Assembly: GCA_036745755.1 (NCBI GenBank)
Contig: DAIOFM010000003.1
Span: forward strand, 42,562-106,561
DNA from: Spirochaetota bacterium
GTDB lineage: Bacteria > Spirochaetota > UBA4802 > UBA5550
Length of the DNA stretch: 64,000 nucleotides
Reading direction: 5' to 3'
Positions 56,631-64,000 of this stretch are shown in pieces; position 1 is the first letter of the stretch, and each line of letters begins with the position of its first letter. The translations under genes were made by a program, and so were the position numbers. The notes under the pieces were generated by a model that did not search any database, was not told where the DNA came from, and saw only the letters and a list, made by a program, of their open reading frames with translations.

Positions 56631-59279
56631 TTAATCCAGCTTGGAAAGGCTCTCTTTCAGCTTCTCGAGCATATCATTGTACTCTTTCTGCTTTGCCCTC
56701 TCCTTTTCTATAACTTCAGCCGGCGCCTTGCCTGTAAAGCTCTCGTTTCCGAGCTTAGCCTCAACTCTCTGAAGTTCCTGCGTAATTTTCGCAATCTCCT
56801 TCTCAAGTCTGGCTTTTTCCTTATCAGTGTCAATCAGGCCCTTAAGAGGTAAAAATATTTCAAGATCTGACATTACCGCAGCAGCATCAGTTTTTTCAGG
56901 AACGTAATCAGCGTCTACAGTTACAGATTCAACCTTTGCCAGCGCCTGAATGTGAACAGACTCATTATTAATTATTCCTGTTATTGAACCGCTCCCTGTT
57001 TTAAAAACAACTGCCGCTTTTTTATCAGGCGGGATATTCATCTCCCCCCTTATATTTCTTATTTTATATATTATCTCCTTGAAGGTTTCAGCATAAACGG
57101 ATTCATCTGCAAAAACCATGGAATCATCAGACTCAGGCCACTGCGATACCATAATATCCGGTTCACCCTTGATTTTTATGATGCTCCAGATCTCCTCGGT
57201 TATAAAAGGCATAAATGGGTGGAGGAGCTTCAGCCCTGTTTTAAGGACATAGTAGAGCACCTGCTTTGCGGCATCAGAGGATTCACCTGCAGCCGGGTCC
57301 TTGGAATAAATTCTCTGTTTCACAAGTTCAAGGTACCAGTCACAGAACTCGTTCCACCAGAACTCATAGATAAGACTGGCCGCCTCGTTGAACCTGTACT
57401 CTTCAAGGGCGGCATTTACGTTTTTTACCGCCATATTTGTCGTGTGCAGCATCCATCTGTCAAAAACTTCAAGCTTTGAAACATCGGGCATCTTCGGAGC
57501 GAAGTCATCCCCCAGGTTCATGAGGATAAATCTTGTGGCGTTCCATATCTTGTTACAGAAAGATCTGTAACCTTCAATCCTCTTCTCTGAGAGGATAATG
57601 TCCCTCCCCTGTGCCGCAAAGGCTGCAAGGGTAAACCTGAAGGCATCTGTTCCATACCTGTCCATCATGATAAGAGGGTCGATAACATTACCTTTCGACT
57701 TGCTCATCTTCTGGCCGTGCTCATCACGCACAAGGGCATGGATATAAACATCCTTAAAGGGTATATCATCCATGAACTTGACCCCTGTCATAATCATCCT
57801 GGCGACCCAGAAGAAAATTATATCAAAACCGGTAACAAGAACGCTTGTAGGGTAATACTTTTTTAGTTCAGGTGTTTCATCAGGCCACCCCATCGTTGAA
57901 AAGGGCCACAGCGCGGAGGAGAACCATGTGTCCAGCACGTCCTCATCCTGTCTTAAATTTTTTGACCCGCACTTCGCGCAGACTTCCGGGTCATCCATTG
58001 TTACTGTTATTTCACCGCACTCTTCACAATAGAAGGCAGGGATCCTGTGCCCCCACCAGAGCTGCCTGGAAATACACCAGTCCCTTATATTGTACATCCA
58101 TTCGAAATAGGTCTTTGCCCAGTTGGCCGGCACAAACCGTATATCCCCCTCCTCAACAACCCTGATCGCCTCGTCAGCAAGGGGTTTAATCTTAACAAAC
58201 CACTGTTTTGAAAGATATGGTTCAATTACCGTATTACACCTGTAACAGTGCCCGACAGAATGGACATGTTTTTCAACCTTTTCAAGAAGGCCCAGTTTTT
58301 CCAGGTCCGCCACAACGCGTTTACGCGCCTCATACCTGTCAAGACCGTTATATTCTCCGCCGTTTTCATTGATAACGGCATGTTCATCCATAATAATGAC
58401 CTCTTCAAGGTTATGCCTCTTACCCATATCAAAGTCATTGGGGTCATGTGCAGGAGTCACCTTCACAAATCCTGAACCGAACTCCATGTCCACATAACTG
58501 TCCGCGAAAATCGGGATCTCCCTGTTCATGAGAGGAAGAATGACGGTCTTCCCTATAAGGCGACTGTGCCTCTCATCCTCCGGGTTAACAGCAACACCAG
58601 TGTCGCCGAGCATCGTCTCAGGACGTGTTGTTGCCACAACTATATATTCATCGCTCCCCTTAACGGGATACTTTATGTGCCAGAGATTTCCGTCAAGCTC
58701 CCTGTACTCGGTCTCAATATCTGAAAGAGCAGTCTCGCACCTGGGGCACCAGTTAATAATCCTGTAACCCTGGTAAATCAGCCCTTCATCATAAAGAGTA
58801 ACAAAGACCTTTCTGACAGCTTTTGAAAGCCCCCCGTCAAGGGTGAACCTCTCCCTCTCCCAGTCAAGAGACGAGCCCAGGCGCCTCAGCTGCCCCTGTA
58901 TCTGCCCGCCGGAGTGTGCTTTCCAGTCCCATACCCTTTTCTCGAAAGCCTCACGGCCCAGATCGTATTTACTGCTACCCTCAGAAGCGAGGAGCCTCTC
59001 AACAACATTCTGCGTGGCAATACCAGCATGGTCCATTCCCGGCATCCATAGAACAGACTTGCCCATCATCCTCTGCCATCTTGCGAGAACATCCTGAAGA
59101 GTATTGTTAAGGGCATGCCCCATATGAAGGTTACCTGTTACGTTAGGCGGAGGGATTACTATTGAATAGGGCTCTTTACCGTCATTTACATCGGCGTGAA
59201 AATACCCGCTTTTTTCCCAGTGTTCATACCATTTTTTCTCAACATCTTTAGGTTCATAAGTGGAGGGAAGCTGCATCAT
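56631..59279 (-). CDS. valS: valine--tRNA ligase
   Basis: 882 aa. HIGH-type motif '[15 protein letters not shown]', 'KMSKSKGN', editing-domain blocks ('[17 protein letters not shown]'), and a C-terminal coiled coil. Confidence 0.95.
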   Translation of the reverse strand: MMQLPSTYEPKDVEKKWYEHWEKSGYFHADVNDGKEPYSIVIPPPNVTGNLHMGHALNNTLQDVLARWQRMMGKSVLWMPGMDHAGIATQNVVERLLASEGSSKYDLGREAFEKRVWDWKAHSGGQIQGQLRRLGSSLDWERERFTLDGGLSKAVRKVFVTLYDEGLIYQGYRIINWCPRCETALSDIETEYRELDGNLWHIKYPVKGSDEYIVVATTRPETMLGDTGVAVNPEDERHSRLIGKTVILPLMNREIPIFADSYVDMEFGSGFVKVTPAHDPNDFDMGKRHNLEEVIIMDEHAVINENGGEYNGLDRYEARKRVVADLEKLGLLEKVEKHVHSVGHCYRCNTVIEPYLSKQWFVKIKPLADEAIRVVEEGDIRFVPANWAKTYFEWMYNIRDWCISRQLWWGHRIPAFYCEECGEITVTMDDPEVCAKCGSKNLRQDEDVLDTWFSSALWPFSTMGWPDETPELKKYYPTSVLVTGFDIIFFWVARMIMTGVKFMDDIPFKDVYIHALVRDEHGQKMSKSKGNVIDPLIMMDRYGTDAFRFTLAAFAAQGRDIILSEKRIEGYRSFCNKIWNATRFILMNLGDDFAPKMPDVSKLEVFDRWMLHTTNMAVKNVNAALEEYRFNEAASLIYEFWWNEFCDWYLELVKQRIYSKDPAAGESSDAAKQVLYYVLKTGLKLLHPFMPFITEEIWSIIKIKGEPDIMVSQWPESDDSMVFADESVYAETFKEIIYKIRNIRGEMNIPPDKKAAVVFKTGSGSITGIINNESVHIQALAKVESVTVDADYVPEKTDAAAVMSDLEIFLPLKGLIDTDKEKARLEKEIAKITQELQRVEAKLGNESFTGKAPAEVIEKERAKQKEYNDMLEKLKESLSKLD

Positions 59280-59485
59280 TAATACTCCGTAATCAATTTA
59301 TGGATTTCCAGAGTCATTAATTCAGCATAAAAAGCAGTGTCAATAAATTTTAAAGTAAGGAAAATAGATATTCCCGAAACTTTTTTATACTCACATCCCT
59401 GCCGATAATCAGTTTATATTTATACATTGACAGAATGAAAAAAGAGGAATCCCGTTAACTATAGCATTTTACGAAATGATTAGGG

Positions 59486-59598
59486 CTTCGTCATTCCGGT
59501 TTTGTCGCAGACAAATACCGGAATCTCATAAAACCAGTACTATGGGATTTCCCACAAGGGGACTTCCGAAGGTCGCCCACTTCGCGGGAATGACAACG
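59486..59598. repeat. MITE-like TIR-bounded repeat, copy B (compact form)
   Basis: Left TIR CTTCGTCATTCCGG (59486-59499). Right TIR CGGGAATGACAACG (59585-59598, rc CGTTGTCATTCCCG). Internal hairpin CATTCCGGTTTTG / CAAATACCGGAATC with a 7-nt loop. Both blocks are shared with copy A. Confidence 0.55.
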
Positions 59599-59689
59599 GA
59601 TGCATTAATTCAACCGTAAACCGCTATAATTACATATTCATTCAGAAAGATGTAAAACAGTATAATCAGAAACTTAAAGGCGGAAAATT

Positions 59690-60346
59690 ATGGCAGCCAG
59701 AAAACCCTCAGGTAAAAAAATAATCGTACGGATGTCACCGGAAGAGAGGAGGAGCCAGATACTTGACAGCGCGAGAAAACTCTTCGCTTCCGGGGGCTAC
59801 TACCAGACACAGATATCGGACATACAGAAGGAGTCAGATATCGCGCGGGGAACTGTTTACCAGTACTTTAAAAGTAAAGATGATATATTTACAACGATCC
59901 TGGAAGACCTTTTCATAAAATGGAAAACCGCCCTGAGCGACACCCCCGATCCCGGTTCTGAAGAATACAGAAGCGGAATTAAATTTTTCAGGTATAAGAT
60001 CAAAAATTCTTTTGAGTTTTTTGCAGACAATCCTGACTACTGCAATTTATTACTGAAAATCGGCCTGGGCCTGGGGGAAAATTTTGACATCCTCATAAGC
60101 CGTTTCGATTACCAGATAGTGGAACTTGCCAAAAAATATATCACTGTGGGGATAAAACTGAAAAGGATAAAACATGATACAGATGTGGAACTTGTGGCAA
60201 ACCTCATAGGAGGGGCTTTCATGAGGATGGCATATTATTACGGCGTTACCAGGAAAAATAAAGGTTCCATAGATATAGATAAACTTTCAGAAAGATTCGC
60301 AAATACATTCTCATACGGCATTTTCATGGAAGAGAGTGAATCATAA
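59690..60346 (+). CDS. TetR/AcrR family transcriptional regulator
   Basis: HTH block 'FASGGYYQTQISDIQKESDIARGTVYQYFKSKDDIF'. 218 aa. Confidence 0.8.
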   Translation: MAARKPSGKKIIVRMSPEERRSQILDSARKLFASGGYYQTQISDIQKESDIARGTVYQYFKSKDDIFTTILEDLFIKWKTALSDTPDPGSEEYRSGIKFFRYKIKNSFEFFADNPDYCNLLLKIGLGLGENFDILISRFDYQIVELAKKYITVGIKLKRIKHDTDVELVANLIGGAFMRMAYYYGVTRKNKGSIDIDKLSERFANTFSYGIFMEESES

Positions 60347-60615
60347 CAGAATCAATAATTCTGAATATTTTTAGTCAATCTTCATTTTAACGCTTAATTT
60401 CTTAGAGGCTTTGTATTAATTTTTTTTAAAAAAACACAATAACATGAATATTATATAATTATCTTCATATCATACAATATTTACACAAAAAATCATTATA
60501 ACACTTCATTTTTTGAATAAAAAAAAGACCGCATAGCCGGTTTTTTATTGACACATAAGTTCACTAACCTACCATGCAGTAAATCCACAATCTTACTTTT
60601 TTATGAGGAGAAAAC

Positions 60616-62358
60616 ATGAAACGTTTTGCACTACTGCTTTCAGCTCTGTGCATGATTTTTTTTCTTTCCTGCATGGATGCAACAGAAACAGAAACAACCG
60701 ATTCCGGTTCATCGGCAACAGTTAAATCCACAACTCTTCCCGGAGTTGACGGAACTCTGAAATCCGCAAGCTCATCCACAACAACCTATGAGTACACATA
60801 CACCGAATGTGTATACATAGAATCCCGGGGAGATGAAGAACCTGCAACAATTGCGGGTAATATTCTCATCCCTAAAGCCGTTACTGAAGGGGAGACATTC
60901 CCGGCAATCATATTCGCAAACAGCTGGGCCCTGGAGGAGCATGAATACCTTGCCCAGGCAATACACTTTGCCAAAAAGGGATACATCGTACTCAGTTATT
61001 CAAGCAGAGGATGGGGGGTCTCCGGAGGCCAGGTAGCCCTTGGAAGCCCGGAAGACTGGGCCGACTTCAGCGCCGTAGTTGACTGGCTCATCGCCAATTC
61101 CCCGGTAGATGAGTCTAATATCGGAGTCTGCGGAATATCACTTGGAGGCGGAACCGCCCTTAATGCAGCAGCCCATGACGAAAGGGTAAAAACAGCAGTT
61201 GGAATATCCGCGTGGACAGACCTTGAAACCCACATGTGGTCTGAAGAGACACCTAAACTCGTATGGGGGAGCCTCCTTGTAATCACAGGGACAATTCTTG
61301 CAAGGCTTGACCCCGATATCTATTCCATCTACTACGCCACACTGTCAAATTCAAACATATCGTGGCTGAAGGAGTGGTGCGGAATACGTTCCCCTCTTAC
61401 ATTTGTTGAAAATATAAATGAAAGAGACTGCCCGATCTACATAGCAAACGGAATGGAGGACTATCTCTTCACTCCCGACACAGTGCTCAATTTTTTCAAT
61501 GCCCTTACCGTAAGCCACAAAAGAGCAGACCTGAGCCTGGGAACTCATTTTACTCCTGAAGCTACAGGAATCCTTGGCCTCCCTAACTACGTTTTTAACA
61601 ATGTTGACATGTGGTTTGACTACTGGCTGAAGGGGATTGATACAGGCATTATATCCGATCAGGAAAGAAGTGCTGTTGTAACAATGCAGCTCAAGAACTC
61701 ACTCAACAGGGTCGAATTTGATACCGCAAGCCTTAAAAAATCAGATACGGAATATTCATGGCCACCTAACAATGTTGAAGAGCAGACATTCTACTGCGCA
61801 GAAAGGACACTTTTCACAAACGGCAAACTGAAGACTTCGATGAATACAAAAACCTCAACCGACAGTATGTATTCAGGACTTCTCTCCGGTTCAACTGCGG
61901 GTGCGGTTATATTCCCTATTCTGGAACAGCTTGGTGTGGGCGTGACAACAAGTATGCTCCTTCTCAACAGACTTGAATCTGTGGCATGGGAATCCTCTGC
62001 TTTCAGCACGGACAAAAAGATAAGAGGGGCATCCGAAGCAAAACTTCGTCTTTCTCTTTCATATAAAAAGGGGCAGATTATCATTTACCTATACGACGTG
62101 GACAAATGGGGAACCGCAACCTACATAACACACGGTTTCCATACATTCTGGGATGCCACACCTGGAGAGGTTATGGATGTTACTGTTCCTATTACAACAA
62201 CAGCGTACGACATCCCGGCAGGTCATCATCTTGCAATGGTTATAGATACAAGTGATCCGCTCTATTCAAAACCGAGCCTCAGGCCATTTAACATAAAATA
62301 TTATTACGGGAAAACAGCTGACACGCAGGTTATGCTTACAGTCCCATTTGAAAATTAG
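60616..62358 (+). CDS. CocE/NonD (S15 X-Pro dipeptidyl-peptidase-like) alpha/beta hydrolase lipoprotein
   Basis: GAGGAG RBS. Lipobox 'FFLSC'. Nucleophile elbow 'GVCGISLGGG'. The C-terminal beta-sandwich-like region with 'GHHLAMVIDTSD' is typical of the CocE/NonD C-terminal domain. Confidence 0.75.
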   Translation: MKRFALLLSALCMIFFLSCMDATETETTDSGSSATVKSTTLPGVDGTLKSASSSTTTYEYTYTECVYIESRGDEEPATIAGNILIPKAVTEGETFPAIIFANSWALEEHEYLAQAIHFAKKGYIVLSYSSRGWGVSGGQVALGSPEDWADFSAVVDWLIANSPVDESNIGVCGISLGGGTALNAAAHDERVKTAVGISAWTDLETHMWSEETPKLVWGSLLVITGTILARLDPDIYSIYYATLSNSNISWLKEWCGIRSPLTFVENINERDCPIYIANGMEDYLFTPDTVLNFFNALTVSHKRADLSLGTHFTPEATGILGLPNYVFNNVDMWFDYWLKGIDTGIISDQERSAVVTMQLKNSLNRVEFDTASLKKSDTEYSWPPNNVEEQTFYCAERTLFTNGKLKTSMNTKTSTDSMYSGLLSGSTAGAVIFPILEQLGVGVTTSMLLLNRLESVAWESSAFSTDKKIRGASEAKLRLSLSYKKGQIIIYLYDVDKWGTATYITHGFHTFWDATPGEVMDVTVPITTTAYDIPAGHHLAMVIDTSDPLYSKPSLRPFNIKYYYGKTADTQVMLTVPFEN

Positions 62359-62388
62359 TCTTTTTCCACTTGATTCAAGTGTTCCCGC

Positions 62389-62418
62389 GCCGGTTCAGAT
62401 ACTGAACCGGCTTTTTTT
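62389..62418 (+). terminator. Rho-independent terminator
   Basis: GCCGGTTCAG (62389-62398) / CTGAACCGGC (62402-62411) with an ATA loop, followed by TTTTTTT (62412-62418). Confidence 0.8.
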
Positions 62419-62608
62419 ATCTGTAGTCCGCAACAAACATTATATTATACTGTTATTATCAGGAAAAAAGGGCGCTTGCAGAGTTTTACCATGCTGCCTG
62501 TAATATTTCTTTGAACATTCTTAATTTTTTGCTTTAATTAATTAAGATGTTAAAGCTTTTTATTAACTGTCAGCAAAATCCCGGCATCCTGTAAACGAGA
62601 AATTTTAA

Positions 62609-64000
62609 ATGAATTACGTGCATGCAACCGCTTTAATTACAGTATTATTAATCCTTATAAACGGGTTTTTCGAATACACCGATTATAAAGAACGTAAAGA
62701 CCTGGTTATAAACAATCACCTGCAGACTGAAATGCATATTGTAGAGGGGATATCAAGATCCGCGGAGCGATGGATCAGGCACAATATTCTCTTATTAAAC
62801 AGGAAAAAAGAAACTGTTGAAAACGAAGTCTTTGATTATTTTGTTGCTCCTGTGCTTCTCTTTAAAAATGGAGACGCCTGGATATATAATAAAAACTATG
62901 TCATCTATGATAAGAGCAGTGATTACCCTGATATATATCGAGGTAAATCAATAAAAGAGATATTTGAAATTCAGAAACATAATGGTGCCTCGCATTATGA
63001 AGAGCTGGTTAATGGAGTTCTCAGCGCATCTGAAGGTTCAGGATGGTACATATGGCTTCCAGAGAAAGGGAAAGAATGGGTTTCATGGACTTCGGTTAAA
63101 GTCGGGGAAGATACATGGACTATAGGCCTCTCAACCCCTGAAAATGAAATTCTCGAAGCTAACGGTATGAACCAATACCTTAGAAAATGCCTGATCAACT
63201 CCGGGCTGAAAACATCATTACTTATCATTATTTTCATAATAGTATTTATTATGAACCGGAACAATATCTCAAAAGAAAACCGGCTGCTTAAAGAGAAAAA
63301 AATCGCTGAAGAGGCAAACAGAACTAAAAGCCGTTTTCTTTCAAATATTTCACACGAAATAAGGACACCTATAAATAATATTATGGGCCTTGCATATATG
63401 ATTTCAGAAGCCGAACTTAACGAAGAGCAGAAGGAATATATAAACCTCATACAGTCCTCATCAGATTATCTGATGGAAAACATTAATCAGCTTCTCGATA
63501 TTTCTAAAATTGAAGCCGGGAAGTTTATAATCGAGAATAAAATTTTTTCTCTTAAAAATATATTAGATAAAACAGCCAGGGTTTTCCACTTCACTGCAAA
63601 AAATAAAAACCTTACATTTCTTTACGAACCGGACATATCTCCGGAAACCTGTAATGTCATGGGAGATGAAAAAATCCTCAAGCATATAACTAACAACCTC
63701 CTCGGTAATGCGGTTAAATATACAGACATCGGGCATGTTCTTTTTGCAGCAGTAACTGAAGAGCTTCCGGACAACCGTATTAAACTGATTATTACGGTAG
63801 AGGATACCGGAATAGGAATCCCTGAACCGGAGACCGATAAAATTTTTAATTATTTTTACCAGGTGAAAGAGCCGGCTACCGAGGGAAAACATGGAACAGG
63901 GCTCGGGCTTACAATCGTAAAAGATCTTATAGATCTGTCAGGAGGGGAAATAACAGTAGAATCCTCTCAGAATAAAGGTTCAGTTTTCAAGACTGTTCTC
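62609..64000 (+). CDS. sensor histidine kinase with extracytoplasmic Cache-like domain (3'-truncated by window end)
   Basis: Absent from the supplied ORF track, presumably because it has no stop in the window. I translated it by hand from ATG 62609: 464 codons, open to 64000. TM1 'ATALITVLLILINGFF'. Periplasmic region with 'GWYIWLPEKGKEWVSWTSVKVGEDTWTIGLSTPENEI'. TM2 'LLIIIFIIVFI'. H-box 'SHEIRTPINNI'. N/G boxes 'LLGNAVKYT', 'VEDTGIGIP', 'GTGLGLTIV'. Confidence 0.85.
   Translation, partial: MNYVHATALITVLLILINGFFEYTDYKERKDLVINNHLQTEMHIVEGISRSAERWIRHNILLLNRKKETVENEVFDYFVAPVLLFKNGDAWIYNKNYVIYDKSSDYPDIYRGKSIKEIFEIQKHNGASHYEELVNGVLSASEGSGWYIWLPEKGKEWVSWTSVKVGEDTWTIGLSTPENEILEANGMNQYLRKCLINSGLKTSLLIIIFIIVFIMNRNNISKENRLLKEKKIAEEANRTKSRFLSNISHEIRTPINNIMGLAYMISEAELNEEQKEYINLIQSSSDYLMENINQLLDISKIEAGKFIIENKIFSLKNILDKTARVFHFTAKNKNLTFLYEPDISPETCNVMGDEKILKHITNNLLGNAVKYTDIGHVLFAAVTEELPDNRIKLIITVEDTGIGIPEPETDKIFNYFYQVKEPATEGKHGTGLGLTIVKDLIDLSGGEITVESSQNKGSVFKTVL

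Noticed and set aside
59401-59408. GCCGATAA, a perfect match to the sigma-28 (FliA) -10 element
   Set aside because: No TAAA-type -35 element lies at the required ~15-nt (TAAAGTTT-N11) spacing. The downstream genes (repeat element, TetR) are not motility-related. This is probably a chance octamer.
59280-59485. Possible T-box leader upstream of valS (minus strand)
   Set aside because: No T-box consensus (AAnnnGGGTGGTACCGCG-like) or specifier/antiterminator arrangement is visible. The organism does not look like a Firmicute, where valS T-boxes occur.
1-64000. Whole-window search for a defence island, prophage, integrative element, toxin-antitoxin pair or CRISPR-Cas
   Set aside because: I found no integrase, transposase, recombinase, phage structural genes, restriction-modification genes, Cas genes, reverse transcriptase, or STAND/helicase-nuclease-type genes. 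I found no tRNA attachment site and no abrupt compositional island visible by eye. The window looks like core chromosome. The only mobile-type sequences are the two short TIR-bounded repeats.

Overview
This is a 64-kb chromosomal window from a Gram-negative bacterium that looks anaerobic and motile. I cannot assign a taxon by eye; the gene content and very AT-rich intergenic DNA resemble spirochaete- or deltaproteobacterium-like genomes rather than enterics. I support about 47 protein-coding genes on both strands. I saw no rRNA, tRNA, CRISPR array, transposase, integrase, phage gene or recognisable defence gene (nuclease, helicase, methylase, reverse transcriptase).

Gene content:
- Metabolism and housekeeping: two paralogous CoA-transferases, cstA, mtnP, a cyclophilin, aspartate racemase, pyk, panE, valS, an acyl-CoA synthetase and thioesterase, a nitroreductase, two PF04909-like amidohydrolases, and a tupABC-type tungstate transporter.
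- Signal transduction is unusually dense: two 523-aa MCP paralogs, REC-GGDEF, GAF-GGDEF, HD-GYP, a class-I adenylate cyclase homolog, two histidine kinases, a 7TM-SpoIIE phosphatase, a STAS protein, and MarR, two TetR and a membrane-anchored AraC regulator.

The most interesting loci, in my judgement:
1. A translationally coupled operon of an AMMECR1-like protein, a thioester alpha-2-macroglobulin, and a SpoIID-transpeptidase fusion where a PBP1C partner would be expected (44.2-52.1 kb).
2. A class-I adenylate cyclase homolog between an HD-GYP gene and a DUF1624 membrane protein gene (36.1-41.3 kb).
3. A Get3/ArsA-like ATPase in a tight cassette with two small uncharacterised proteins downstream of cstA (3.4-5.1 kb).
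4. A MITE-like element bounded by terminal inverted repeats (TIRs), present in two copies (about 8.97-9.17 kb and 59.49-59.60 kb).
5. An orphan promoter-plus-terminator pair, a candidate sRNA, inside a 670-bp AT-rich gap (11.9-12.04 kb).

All domain calls come from motifs read by eye in the supplied translations. No database search was run, and novelty cannot be established from the sequence alone. I did not find an unambiguous new 'system'.
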